Shown here: positions 39,446 to 49,560 of the stretch, one piece after another
Layout of the letters: each line of letters starts with the position of its first letter
How positions within the stretch are numbered: position 1 is the first letter of the stretch
Assembly: GCA_029974275.1 (NCBI GenBank)
Contig: JARKSN010000289.1
Coordinates: forward strand, 1 to 64,000
DNA from: Candidatus Hydrogenedentota bacterium
Lineage (GTDB): Bacteria > Hydrogenedentota > Hydrogenedentia > Hydrogenedentales > SLHB01
Reading direction: 5' to 3'
Length of the DNA stretch: 64,000 bases
Made by a program: the position numbers and the translations under genes
The notes under the pieces: model-generated
The model's database searches: none
What the model was told of the DNA's origin: nothing
The model's input: only the letters and a program-made list of their open reading frames with translations

Positions 39446-39474
39446 AGTATAGCCATCGCGGCATCGAGGGGCAA
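39446..39474 (-). promoter_or_regulatory. Putative sigma70 promoter for ybaB-fmt-rsmB-PASTA-rpe
   Basis: Minus strand TTGCCC-17 nt-TATACT; the -10 overlaps an ATGGCTAT/ATAGCCAT inverted repeat. Confidence 0.45.
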
Positions 39475-39499
39475 CAGGCAGGCAGGAGGGCCGGGGGAT

Positions 39500-40231
39500 T
39501 TACGAAAAAGAAGTTCTGGGGGAGCAGATTCGGCAAACGAGGAAATGGGCGAGGCACAGTCCTGCGCCGGCCACGACGACCCCCCAGTGGGCGTGCGCTG
39601 TTGCGGGGAAGAGAAAGAAGACGATCATGCTGAGGCCGATGCTTCGCGCAGGACGGTTCTCGCGGCGGGGAGGGGGAATAACCAGAAAGATGAGCAGGGA
39701 GACGCCGAGCCATCCGGCAAAATTGAGGAGGGGAATGCCGTAGTAAACGCCGGGATGGGCCCATTTCCAGTAGCCCAATGACCCTGCGGCGAGGGGGTCA
39801 ATGACGAAATCCAGCGCGGTCATCCAAATTGCGGCGCAGAAGGCTTCGGCGATACGTCGCGCGAACAGACCTCGGAGCATCTCGCGGACGTAGCCGGATA
39901 GCGTCCACCATGCGCATGCCATGACGACGGGCACTTTCCAGACCGCCGGGAACAGCGCGTCGGAGTAAACGTATTGTCCGAAGGGAAACCCGGTGTGCAC
40001 GCCCATTGCTTCGGCGAGAAACCCCAAAGCGCCGATGCCCAGCAGCGAAACCGCGTCGCGTCGCGCCGATCCCGCGAGAACGATGAGCGCCGCCGTCGCG
40101 AGGAAAGCGGGAGCCGTCCACGCCAGGACAGGAGGAGGAGTCGCGTTGCGCCCATACGTTATGGCGCCGCCCAGCCACAATGCGGCATAGCATGCCGTCA
40201 AGGCGGCAAGAACAGACTTACGGGCGCTCAT
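39500..40231 (-). CDS. cruF: CruF-like carotenoid 1,2-hydratase (DUF422 membrane protein)
   Basis: AEAMGVHTGFPFGQYVYS, DFVIDP, YWKW, YYGIPLLNFAGW. Confidence 0.8.
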   Translation of the reverse strand: MSARKSVLAALTACYAALWLGGAITYGRNATPPPVLAWTAPAFLATAALIVLAGSARRDAVSLLGIGALGFLAEAMGVHTGFPFGQYVYSDALFPAVWKVPVVMACAWWTLSGYVREMLRGLFARRIAEAFCAAIWMTALDFVIDPLAAGSLGYWKWAHPGVYYGIPLLNFAGWLGVSLLIFLVIPPPRRENRPARSIGLSMIVFFLFPATAHAHWGVVVAGAGLCLAHFLVCRICSPRTSFS

Positions 40232-41696
40232 GCCGCTTGATTAACTCGTCGACGATGGCGGCGGATTGGAGCACGGTCGGCGTGCCGCCGCCGGGATGAA
40301 CGCTGCCGCCGACATAGTAAAGTCCCGCAATGCGCCCATCCGCATTTGGGGGGCGATAAAAGGCGCCGCGCCATCCATGGGAATGACTTCCATAGATGGC
40401 GCCGCCGGGCATGTCGTATCGCTCAGCAAGCGTTCTGGGCGTGCAGGAGGTTTCGGCCACGATATCGCGGTCGATGTCTGGAAAACCGCTTTTCTTCAGC
40501 CGGGCGAATACCTGCCGGCGGGCCTGCGCGACGGTTGCATCGGTCCATGCTGTAGCGTCGGTTGCGGGCGCGTTGCTCATGATGAACAACGTTTCGCCGG
40601 CTCCCGGGACCAGCGATCGATCGGTGCGGCTTGGAATGCTGACATAGACCGTCGGATCGGCGGGGTGCATGCGGCGCATGAAGAGATCGTCGAACTCGCG
40701 CGGATAGTCGGCTGAAAAATATACGTTGTGGTGATGCAGTTCGGGAAGATTCCTCCCTCGAGCTACCACAAAGACGAGACCGGAGAGAGAGCGCGAGGAC
40801 TCCCGCGATAACGGCGACGCATCGCGACCGAGAAGGCGCGGGGCCTGTGCGGCATCTCCGTTGAACGCCACAACGTCGGCGGGAATCCGTTCGCCGGCGC
40901 CGGTGACGACGCCCGTGACGCGACCTGACGCGTGACAAATTGCGGTGATGGGCGTGGCCGTGCGGATGTCGGCTTTGCGCGCCTCCAACAACGCGATCAA
41001 CGCCTCGACGAGGCGGTGCAGGCCGCCAAGCACATACCAGCCTCCCAGGGCGTATTCGATGTAGGGAATGACGAGGAGCGTTGCGGGACAAGCGTATGGA
41101 GACGAGCCGACGAACGTGGGGTATCGGTCGTATAGTTGCCGCAGATAGGGGCTGTGGAAATGCGCGGCGACGCTCCGGTGGTAGTTGCCCCAGGCATGGC
41201 GGAATGGAAGATGACGCAAGGCGCGCAGGACGCGCATGTCAGGGGGGGCGCTTACCGGGCGCCGCAAGAAGGTCTCGCAGGACAGCTCGTACAGGCGCGC
41301 GCCGAGCCGCATGAAGCGAAAAAATCCGTCGGCGTCGCGCGGTCCGATCGCGCGCAGCGTATCAAGCCATTCCGGCAGGTTCGCCGTGTAGGTGAAGGCG
41401 GCGCCGTCGTCATACACATATCGGCCCAGCGTCGGCATGCGGACAAGCTGCAGATGCTCGTGCAACTTTTCGCCCGCGGCATCGAAAAGCTCCTCGAAGA
41501 CCCACGGCAGCGTAAGCAGCGACGGACCTGTGTCGAAAGAGAATCCATGAGAGACCCAGCGGTTCATCTTGCCGCCCGGCGCATCGGCCTGTTCGCAGAC
41601 CGTGACTTGCCAGCCGCGCGCGGCCAGCCGTAATGCGAGAGCCAATCCTCCCAGGCCGGCGCCTGCGATCACGGCTCGCTGTGTCCTGCGCGCCAT
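40218..41696 (-). CDS. Phytoene-desaturase-family FAD oxidoreductase (probably a CrtD-like 3,4-desaturase)
   Basis: GAGLGGL, FDTGPSLLT, GSSPY, HHNVYFS.DY, GGAIYG, GGSVHPGGGTP. Confidence 0.85.
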   Translation of the reverse strand: MARRTQRAVIAGAGLGGLALALRLAARGWQVTVCEQADAPGGKMNRWVSHGFSFDTGPSLLTLPWVFEELFDAAGEKLHEHLQLVRMPTLGRYVYDDGAAFTYTANLPEWLDTLRAIGPRDADGFFRFMRLGARLYELSCETFLRRPVSAPPDMRVLRALRHLPFRHAWGNYHRSVAAHFHSPYLRQLYDRYPTFVGSSPYACPATLLVIPYIEYALGGWYVLGGLHRLVEALIALLEARKADIRTATPITAICHASGRVTGVVTGAGERIPADVVAFNGDAAQAPRLLGRDASPLSRESSRSLSGLVFVVARGRNLPELHHHNVYFSADYPREFDDLFMRRMHPADPTVYVSIPSRTDRSLVPGAGETLFIMSNAPATDATAWTDATVAQARRQVFARLKKSGFPDIDRDIVAETSCTPRTLAERYDMPGGAIYGSHSHGWRGAFYRPPNADGRIAGLYYVGGSVHPGGGTPTVLQSAAIVDELIKRHERP

Positions 41697-41697
41697 G

Positions 41698-42837
41698 TTA
41701 CGGCTCGCTTTCTGGACAGGACGTTGCACGGTAGAAGCGCCCCTTCCATTCGACGCCGCTTCCGTTGCGGAATTTCCACCACGAAACAAGGCCCAGCGTC
41801 AAAAAAGCGGCTTCGGCGATTGGATGCAGCGCCGCCGACCACAAGGGGTGGCGGAAGCGCAGCGCCAAAACGATGCGGGCTGCGATGACGGACAATCCGG
41901 CGGCGGAGGCAAGGAACCGGGCGCCTGCGGTGGGCGCGGTTGCGGCCGCGATGAACGGAGCCAGAAACACGAGACTGTGGCCGGTCCAGAAAACCCAAAA
42001 CGATGCGCGCCGTTGAAATGCGGGATAGAAGTTCTTTTGAAAGCCGTTCCAGATGGCCGGCAGCGAATCGTACATGCGGACGCGTCCGATGTCCTGTCCG
42101 TCCAGGCAGACTGTCCGTTCGCCCGCGGTGCGCCATTGCCGGGCCAACTGGGTGTCCTCGAAAAGTTGATGGCGCACGAGGACATGCCCCCCCGTGCGCA
42201 GATAGGTCTCGCGATGGGCGAGAATGCAGGCTCCATGGGCAAGCCCGAGAGCCGGGTCCTTTCGGAGCAAGGCGAGAGGCGCAGGATGCAGAGTATACAC
42301 CACAAAGTTGAGCATGGGCATCAGAAGCCCTTCCCAAAAACCGTGCATGTCCAATCCCGGCCAACAAGAGACGAGCGTTGCGTCATGCCGGGTCGCCGCC
42401 GTCACGATGCGGGCGACTGCTCCCGGTTGCAGGCGCGTGTCGGCGTCGAGAAACAATAGCCATTCGGAATGCGCGGCAAGGGCGAGTTGATGACACGCAT
42501 GCGGCTTGCCGCACCAGCCCTCGGGAAGCGGAGTCGCGGCGATGAGGCGCACACGCTCATCGCATTCGGCGCGTTGCCGCACGATTTCCGCCGTGCGATC
42601 GGCGGAATGGTCGTCGCATACGATTGCTTCGACGACGCAATTGCCTTGTTCCAGTATGGTGTCGAGACAGGCGGCGATATGACTTTCCTCGTCGCGCGCA
42701 GGCACGAGTAGCGACACGCATGGACCCAGGGGCGCAGCGTTGTGGGGGGGCGCGGGCCACGCGAGGGCGTTCCAGACGGCAAGTCCGAGCGCGGCAAGTC
42801 CGAGCGCGAGGAGGGTTGATAGCAACGCGGTCATCAT
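41698..42837 (-). CDS. Carotenoid glycosyltransferase, GT2 (CruG/CrtQ-like)
   Basis: LVPARDEE, DDHSADRT, GWCGKPHAC, FLDAD, EDTQLAR, RMY, WKGR. Confidence 0.85.
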   Translation of the reverse strand: MMTALLSTLLALGLAALGLAVWNALAWPAPPHNAAPLGPCVSLLVPARDEESHIAACLDTILEQGNCVVEAIVCDDHSADRTAEIVRQRAECDERVRLIAATPLPEGWCGKPHACHQLALAAHSEWLLFLDADTRLQPGAVARIVTAATRHDATLVSCWPGLDMHGFWEGLLMPMLNFVVYTLHPAPLALLRKDPALGLAHGACILAHRETYLRTGGHVLVRHQLFEDTQLARQWRTAGERTVCLDGQDIGRVRMYDSLPAIWNGFQKNFYPAFQRRASFWVFWTGHSLVFLAPFIAAATAPTAGARFLASAAGLSVIAARIVLALRFRHPLWSAALHPIAEAAFLTLGLVSWWKFRNGSGVEWKGRFYRATSCPESEP

Positions 42838-43631
42838 GGCGATGCCTCCAGGGGGGCGGGAATTCCGGCGCGAGGCGCGGCCTCATCGAACAGAATCGCC
42901 GCCGTTTGCGCAGGCGTTTCCGCGATAGGGTTGTGCGCCGCGCCGAGCAAGACTTGGGCGCGCGCGTGAGGCCATACGGTCTTCCAGATTTGGACGCTGC
43001 GCTTCACGGCGGCGAATGTGCGTTCGCCGTACGCCATGTCGATCGGCATGGAAAGCGTCTGGAACGAAGCAAGGGGAGGAAAATCGAGGAGACTACGCAT
43101 CACCTCGATGGTGAGCGCATGATTCACGCGCCCGAAGGCCTCGGTCAGATCGGTGTGGCCCCTGCGTTTTCGTCGCAGGACGGCGTTGGCGATCCGGCGT
43201 CCCAGCGGATTCGCAAAAACGCTCATGTAGGCCCGGCGACCAAAGGAGCCCCACGTGAATACGCGGAAGTACAACGGCATATAGGCGAACGGATCGATAA
43301 GCACCAGCCGTTCCACGCGTTCGGGCGCTTGTTGGGCGGCCAGCATCGCGAGATTGCCGCCGCCGCAATAGCCGACAAGCGTGAGGGATCGATGGGGCAG
43401 CCTGCGCAAGGTTTCGGAAATCATCGCGACAACAGGATCCAGCGCCCAGCGATCAAGGGGGGGCGTCAGGCCGTAGCCGGGCAAGTCCGCGCTATACAGA
43501 ACGCAGTCGTTCGGCACATGAGAGGCGAGCGGACGGAAGGTGCGATGATTCCCTGCCCATCCGTGGATGCCCAACCAGGCACGATGACCTTGACCGTATT
43601 GCTTCACGTGCAGGGGCGGATGGACAATCAT
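42834..43631 (-). CDS. Alpha/beta-hydrolase-fold protein with Cys at the nucleophile elbow
   Basis: IHGWAG, DLPGYG, VGYCGGG, RLVLID, GAAHNP; overlaps both neighbours by 4 nt. Confidence 0.8.
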   Translation of the reverse strand: MIVHPPLHVKQYGQGHRAWLGIHGWAGNHRTFRPLASHVPNDCVLYSADLPGYGLTPPLDRWALDPVVAMISETLRRLPHRSLTLVGYCGGGNLAMLAAQQAPERVERLVLIDPFAYMPLYFRVFTWGSFGRRAYMSVFANPLGRRIANAVLRRKRRGHTDLTEAFGRVNHALTIEVMRSLLDFPPLASFQTLSMPIDMAYGERTFAAVKRSVQIWKTVWPHARAQVLLGAAHNPIAETPAQTAAILFDEAAPRAGIPAPLEASP

Positions 43632-45136
43632 GACAACGCCCTCTCCGCGGCGAGCTTTCCGCTCAGAGCGACCATGGGCAAACCCGTTCCGGGAGTCGTG
43701 CTCGCTCCTGCGTAGTAGAGGCCGTGAATGTCGCGCGACCAATTGGACGATCGCAAAGGGCCGTTCTGCAGCAGGGTGTGCGCGGCGCCGAACGCGGAAC
43801 CCCGGTGCAAGCCGAAACGCCGTTCCCATTCCGGGGGCGTCCAGACTATTTCGTGCACAATGTCTTCGCGCCCGATCGCAATTCCATGTCGGGCGAGGCG
43901 TTTGAGAATGTGGCGGCGCATGTCCTGGACGATCGAATCCCACTGTTCCGTGTGGGCGGCTTCCAACAGCGGCACGGGCACGAGAACAAACATCGTGGCC
44001 GCCCCGGGAGGAGCCAACGCCGCGTCCGTCGCCGAGGCGATGCTTGTGTAGAAAGCGGGATCGTCCGACGGCCTTCGCGTTCGGAACAAGGCGTCAAAAG
44101 CGCCTCGGTAATCATCCGGCAAGAAGATGGAATGATGGGGCATGTTGGGCAAGGCCCTGCGCAGACCCCAGTAGAAGGTGATGGCGCCGCACGTCATGGA
44201 CGTGCGCTGTGTGCGCCGCGCGGCACGATCGGCGTATGCCTGGGGAAGCAATCGCAGGTTTGTGGCGGGAAGATCGACATTCGAGATGACGACGGGCGCG
44301 TCCAGAATTTCGCCACTTTCTAGTTCGATGCCTTGCACGCGGGCGTTTTCGACGCGTATGCCGCGCACCCGCGCGTTGACGCGAATGTCCACGCCGAGTT
44401 CCCGGGCGAGGCGTTCGACGCCCTCGATCAGGCCGAAGATGCCGCCGCGCGGCAGCCAAAGTCCGTACGCGAGTTCTCCGTATGCAAGGATGGAAAAGAA
44501 GCCGGGCAGTTCGAACGGCGATCCTCCGAGATACATGCCATAGGAGCCCAGCGCCTCTCGGATGCGGCGGTTCCTAAAGAAACGGCCAAGTTCCGCGTGG
44601 AGCGATCGCCAGACGCTTATCCGGGCGCATTCGCGCAGGGTCAAGGGGCGGACCCATTCCCACAGGGAATCGGCGTTGCGCGAAACCAATTTTGCGAACG
44701 CGAGATCGTATTTCAGGCGCGTGTCGCGCAAGAAGGCCATCACGGCGGGCGCCGAACCCGGTTCGAGGCGCGAACACTCCTCGATCAACAGGTCCAGCCG
44801 AGCCGACAACGTGAACGAGGCGCCGTCGGGCCATTGAAAGCGAATGGAGGGGTCTACCGGAATCAAATCCACATAGTCGCGCATCCGCTTTCCCGCAGCG
44901 CCGAAAAGGTTTTCAAAAACCCAGGGATAATTCAGTAGCGAGGGGCCCGTGTCGAAACGATATCCGTCAAAGCGAAGGAGTCCTGCGCGGCCCCCAACGC
45001 GTTCGTTGGCTTCGAGAAGCAGCACATGCGCGCCCGCCAGGCGAAGATGGATGGCGGCGCTGAGCCCCCCTAAGCCGCCGCCGATGACCAGCGCCGTCGA
45101 AGAGGATCGAAGGGCTTGATGGGGTGTTGCACTCAT
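43628..45136 (-). CDS. crtI: Phytoene desaturase CrtI family
   Basis: GGGLGGL, FDTGPSLL, HHSIF, LAPPG, GSAFG, YYAGASTTPGTGLPMVALSGKLAA. Confidence 0.88.
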   Translation of the reverse strand: MSATPHQALRSSSTALVIGGGLGGLSAAIHLRLAGAHVLLLEANERVGGRAGLLRFDGYRFDTGPSLLNYPWVFENLFGAAGKRMRDYVDLIPVDPSIRFQWPDGASFTLSARLDLLIEECSRLEPGSAPAVMAFLRDTRLKYDLAFAKLVSRNADSLWEWVRPLTLRECARISVWRSLHAELGRFFRNRRIREALGSYGMYLGGSPFELPGFFSILAYGELAYGLWLPRGGIFGLIEGVERLARELGVDIRVNARVRGIRVENARVQGIELESGEILDAPVVISNVDLPATNLRLLPQAYADRAARRTQRTSMTCGAITFYWGLRRALPNMPHHSIFLPDDYRGAFDALFRTRRPSDDPAFYTSIASATDAALAPPGAATMFVLVPVPLLEAAHTEQWDSIVQDMRRHILKRLARHGIAIGREDIVHEIVWTPPEWERRFGLHRGSAFGAAHTLLQNGPLRSSNWSRDIHGLYYAGASTTPGTGLPMVALSGKLAAERALS

Positions 45137-45139
45137 GGA

Positions 45140-46174
45140 TCACCACCCCAGATAGGCGAGCGGGAGCCGCCAATACTTGCTCGGAGGCAGCACGCGGAAT
45201 TTTTCCCAGGCCGGCACGCTTTCGCGACGATCCCCCCTCCAATCCGTTGCAATCCGCGCGTTCAGTTGACCGTAGACGTCGATACAGGCGCGGATGGCGG
45301 CGCGGCTATCGTCCGAGAAAAGAAAAAGCCGATCGCTTGCCTCCCTGTACAGGTCGTTGGCGTGCGTCGCGACGCGGCGCACGACTCGTCCTAGGGCGGC
45401 GCGCTCTTCGGACGTGGCCAGCGCGAGGGTGGACAGTCCTTCTTCGCGCAGCATGTCTGCCGGCAAGTATATCCTGCCCATGCGTCGGTCGTCTTGGATA
45501 TCACGCAGAAAATTGGTGAGTTGCAGGGCGATGCCGATCTTTCTGGAGATATCGAGCGTCTCGGCGAAGCGGCCCGGCGAGGAGGAACCGTATACGTGCG
45601 CCAGAAAATAGCCGACGACGACCGCACTGCCGTACACGTACGAGTCGATAAGATCGTCCATGGTCTCGTAAAGGCGTGGCGCGGCGTCGCAACGCATGGC
45701 GGCGAGAAAGGATCGGTAGTGTTCGGGGGGGATGGCGCCATGGCGCACCACGTGGAGAAATCCTGCCAGAAAACAAGGCGTGCCAGCGGCTACGGCTTCG
45801 CGCAGCGACGCGAACGACAACCCCCGGTCATAGAAGTCCTGCCACTGATCGAGCCGGTCGCATTTCTCGCCCGGGGAGAGCGGGAAGGTGTCCACGATTT
45901 CATCGGGATAGCGCACGGCGGCGTAGATGGCCTCGACCTTTTGGCGTTTGGCGAGCGGCAGAAATCGGGTGACGGTGAAAAAACTGGTGCTATACGTCTG
46001 GAGGACGCGCCGGGCCTCTTTGACCGCGATGTCCCACGCCGCGTTGTCGCGGGCGTCGAGGATGCGCATGCGGGTAGTTCGATCCACGTGCTCCCAATAG
46101 GCGTCCGGCCAAGGCGATTTCGGTCCTGCCAACCAGCGCCCGTGGCCATCATGTGGCTTCGCTTCCTTCCGCAT
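45140..46174 (-). CDS. crtB: Phytoene/squalene synthase
   Basis: STSFF, YAAVRYPDEIVD, YVYGSAVVVG, QLTNFLRDIQDD..GRIYLP. Confidence 0.88.
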   Translation of the reverse strand: MRKEAKPHDGHGRWLAGPKSPWPDAYWEHVDRTTRMRILDARDNAAWDIAVKEARRVLQTYSTSFFTVTRFLPLAKRQKVEAIYAAVRYPDEIVDTFPLSPGEKCDRLDQWQDFYDRGLSFASLREAVAAGTPCFLAGFLHVVRHGAIPPEHYRSFLAAMRCDAAPRLYETMDDLIDSYVYGSAVVVGYFLAHVYGSSSPGRFAETLDISRKIGIALQLTNFLRDIQDDRRMGRIYLPADMLREEGLSTLALATSEERAALGRVVRRVATHANDLYREASDRLFLFSDDSRAAIRACIDVYGQLNARIATDWRGDRRESVPAWEKFRVLPPSKYWRLPLAYLGW

Positions 46175-46219
46175 GTTCCCGGCATGCTCCTTCCGCGAAG
46201 CGACGTCGGAGGCGTTGCG

Positions 46220-46789
46220 TCACGACCCGTTCCCCGTCAGCGTCGCGTCTATCTCCGAGTACACTTGATCGAGGAGCGCTTTGTCAACCTCCGCGTTCAC
46301 GCGCAGGAGGACATGCCCCTGCGCATCCAGCACCAGCACATTGGCTGCGCCGGGCGCGTGGTCATAGGCTTTGCACACTTTCCCCTCCCAGTCCAGCATG
46401 ACAGGGTAGGTCAGCGCTTTGCGGAAAAGAAGCCGCCCCAAGCCGCGCAGTTTTGGGGGGACGGCGGACAGTTCAGCCACCCCCAAAATGTCGATGCGAT
46501 CCTGATACCGTTCGTACAGGGGACGAATCCACGGCTCCAGCTGGCGGGATCCCTTCTGATCCGCAAGGAGCAGGACGCAGGTTTTTTCGCGGGGGAACTG
46601 GATGGAGTGCACGTTGCCGTACTGGTCTTCCAGTTGAAACGATGGGACTGCTTTCTCCGCGGGCGTCGCGGGCGGGGAGGCGGAGACCGACTCGCTCGTT
46701 TCCGGGCGCGCGGTTTCAGGCAAGGCCGCGAAAAAAGGCAGCATTCCTCCCCATACAATCAGGCAAAGCAATACGTAGATGTGCGGCAT
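46220..46789 (-). CDS. Exported thioredoxin/redoxin-like fold protein lacking CxxC
   Basis: Signal peptide; PSFQLEDQYG, VLLLAD, PVMLDWEG, VLVLDAQG. Confidence 0.6.
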   Translation of the reverse strand: MPHIYVLLCLIVWGGMLPFFAALPETARPETSESVSASPPATPAEKAVPSFQLEDQYGNVHSIQFPREKTCVLLLADQKGSRQLEPWIRPLYERYQDRIDILGVAELSAVPPKLRGLGRLLFRKALTYPVMLDWEGKVCKAYDHAPGAANVLVLDAQGHVLLRVNAEVDKALLDQVYSEIDATLTGNGS

Positions 46790-46989
46790 ATCTTCTTCCG
46801 TATCTGGCGGCGCCGGGATGAACGCTGGCCGACGATTCGACCGGGAAACAAGTCGAGGATCATTGTGTGACGGACGATGCGAGTTGTCAAGAGGGTCTTC
46901 GAAGGTTTGCACAAGCGCATACGCACATGCTACACCAATGGTTTGAACGCGGTTGGCCCGTACGGGCGAAACAAAAGGGAGCGCGGCGG

Positions 46990-49524
46990 ATGAACATCTC
47001 TTCTCTTGTTCCATACTTGACTATGGTCATTTCAGTCACGGCATCGTCTGCAGCGCTGGACCACCCATGGCTCGATTCCAGCGAATACGGCTCTATTTAT
47101 GTTGTGCAGCGGGCGACCCCCAGCGAGGCGGAGGCGAAGGGCGCGACGGAATTTACGAAAAACTGGCTGCTTGTCACCGGAAAGGAAATGGCCGATCCGT
47201 CCGCCCCGGGCGCGATTCCGGTGTATCTGGGCCTGGACGCCGCGCCGCAGTCGATCCGGGAAAAATTGGATGTGAACGGGCTTGGCGAGGACGGCGTGCT
47301 GATCAAAACCTTTGGCGAGGGCGCGACGCGGGCGCTGGTCATTGCGGGCGGCTCCGGCAAGGGGCCGTTGTACGGCGTGTATCAATTTTTTGAGGATTAC
47401 TTTGGCGTGCGCTGGCTGGCTCCGGACGCGATCCACGTTCCGCGCCCGCCGGCGTCGCTGTGCCATATCGATTTTCGATATGCGCCGCCCTTCGCTCGCC
47501 GTCTTACGCAAATGCCCGACGGCGTCGACAACGACATCTATCGCGTGACGACCGGACCGAAGTTTGGGCTCTACGGCCACAACTTGTATGACCTTGTTCG
47601 TCCGGATGAATATTTTGCCACGCATCCCGAGTATTTCTCTGAGATCGGCGGGGAACGCATCGCGCCCGTGGGGTTCTATTGGCACGATCTGAAGGCGCGC
47701 GACGGAAAAGGCCGGCAATTGGGCCAGCTTTGCATGACGAATCCCGACGTGCAGCGCCTTATCGCCGAAGAACTGGGCCGTCGCATTCAGAAAAAACCCG
47801 ACGCCAAAGTATGGAGCGTCAACCAGATGGATTGGGCCAATAATTGCCAGTGCAAGACATGCAAGGCGCTTGATGATCAGGAAGGAACCCCGATGGGATC
47901 ATACCTGACGGGGATCAATGCCATTGCCGATATCCTGGCCCAGCGGCATCCCGGCTACAAGGTGCATACGTATGCATACGCGTATACCCGCACGCCGCAC
48001 AAGCGCTTGAAGCCCCGCCCCAACGTGATCGTCGAATTGTGCACGATCGAGTGCGATTTCGCGCGACCGATCGCGAAAAAAGGTTCCAATACGAACGATG
48101 TCTTCATGAAGGACTTCGCAAAGTGGTCGAAATTGACGCACAACCTGTACATCTACAACTATCCGTGGAACTACTCCCGTTACCAGCGGATGCATCCGAA
48201 CTTCCGCGTGCTCGCGCCGAACATCCACATGTTTTACGCGCATCATGCGTTGGGCGTCCATGAGCAAGGGCCCGGCGTGCGCAACATGCAGCATACCGTG
48301 GAATTCGGAACGATGCGTTCCTACATCATCTCAAGATTGCTGTGGAACCCGAAGCTGGACGGCGCCGCGGTTCGCGACGAGTTCATCGAGCTCTACTACC
48401 AAGAGGCCGCGCCTTTGATCAAGGAATTCATCGCGGCGCAAGAGAAGGCCCTTGACGCATCGGGATCGTCGATGACCTGCTTTGATCCCGGCGTCTGGAT
48501 CGACGCGGCCCTTGTCGCGGAGACCCGCGCCATTCTCGAGAAGGCCCGGGCGGCCGCGAAAACGCCGGAAATCCGGAGGCGCGTCGATATCGCCTGCGTG
48601 CCGGTGGAGCTTGCCGCGCTCGAATGCAGGCCGGACATCACGATGACCGAGAGCGCCATCACGCTCACAAGGCCGCCCAGTCTGACGATCGATGCGTACT
48701 TCGATCTCATTCGAGGATACGGCGCCAGCATGGTCGCCGAGAACGTTCCCATCGAGGAAGGCGTCAAGGCGTTTCAATGGGGGACGCTCGCGCGCGTTGA
48801 AACGTCGCCGCTCATCTCCATCGAAAACGATCGCTGGCTGCTGCAAACGGCGCCCGCGTTCAAAGGCAGCATCCTTCGCATGCGCGACAAGAAGAACGAC
48901 GTCGACATGCTGCGCGGCTATCTCGACTACGGGATCGGCGCTGGGACGTATCAGGATTGGACGACCACCCCGTACGTCATGGAAGCTTCCGTTTCGGAGA
49001 CCTACGACGTGGTGGAACGCAAATCCGATCGGCTGACGCTGCGCGCCAAGCGGTATGACGGCTTGGTCGTGGACCGGACGATTTCGCTGGAACCGGGGAC
49101 GGAAGGCGTGACGTTTACGCTGGTCCTGTCGAACCCGACGGACGGGCCGCTCACGCCAAACGTCAAATTCCACCCAGAGTTCGATTCGCACGGAACCGCC
49201 GCGCCTGAAATATGGGCTCGGGAGAAGGGGAAATGGCAGCCATTGGCGTCCGCGCAGGATCGGAAACTCGACGCTATCGGCAAATACTTGCCGACTCAGA
49301 ACTGCGACCTGTTGGGCGCATATCTTCCCAAGGCAAAGGTGTCGTATCTGTGTTCCTTTGATCCGGACAAGACCGGCGGCCTACTGTGGTTTTTCAACGT
49401 CGCCCATGAGCGCCAGCACGTCAATTTGGAGGTGTGGCCCAAGGATGACCCGTTGGCGCCTGGAGAGGCTGTGAGCTATACGGCGATCTACTCGGTCACG
49501 AAGAAAAAACTTCCGTTGCGATAG
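46990..49524 (+). CDS. DUF4838-domain secreted glycoside-hydrolase-like protein
   Basis: GPLYGVYQFFEDYFGVRW, YFATHPEYFS, QLCMTNPDV, CQCKTC, YAYAYT, LLWNP. Confidence 0.8.
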   Translation: MNISSLVPYLTMVISVTASSAALDHPWLDSSEYGSIYVVQRATPSEAEAKGATEFTKNWLLVTGKEMADPSAPGAIPVYLGLDAAPQSIREKLDVNGLGEDGVLIKTFGEGATRALVIAGGSGKGPLYGVYQFFEDYFGVRWLAPDAIHVPRPPASLCHIDFRYAPPFARRLTQMPDGVDNDIYRVTTGPKFGLYGHNLYDLVRPDEYFATHPEYFSEIGGERIAPVGFYWHDLKARDGKGRQLGQLCMTNPDVQRLIAEELGRRIQKKPDAKVWSVNQMDWANNCQCKTCKALDDQEGTPMGSYLTGINAIADILAQRHPGYKVHTYAYAYTRTPHKRLKPRPNVIVELCTIECDFARPIAKKGSNTNDVFMKDFAKWSKLTHNLYIYNYPWNYSRYQRMHPNFRVLAPNIHMFYAHHALGVHEQGPGVRNMQHTVEFGTMRSYIISRLLWNPKLDGAAVRDEFIELYYQEAAPLIKEFIAAQEKALDASGSSMTCFDPGVWIDAALVAETRAILEKARAAAKTPEIRRRVDIACVPVELAALECRPDITMTESAITLTRPPSLTIDAYFDLIRGYGASMVAENVPIEEGVKAFQWGTLARVETSPLISIENDRWLLQTAPAFKGSILRMRDKKNDVDMLRGYLDYGIGAGTYQDWTTTPYVMEASVSETYDVVERKSDRLTLRAKRYDGLVVDRTISLEPGTEGVTFTLVLSNPTDGPLTPNVKFHPEFDSHGTAAPEIWAREKGKWQPLASAQDRKLDAIGKYLPTQNCDLLGAYLPKAKVSYLCSFDPDKTGGLLWFFNVAHERQHVNLEVWPKDDPLAPGEAVSYTAIYSVTKKKLPLR

Positions 49525-49560
49525 GCAGCGTCCCCAGGGAAGAATGTCCGGCGCTCCCAA

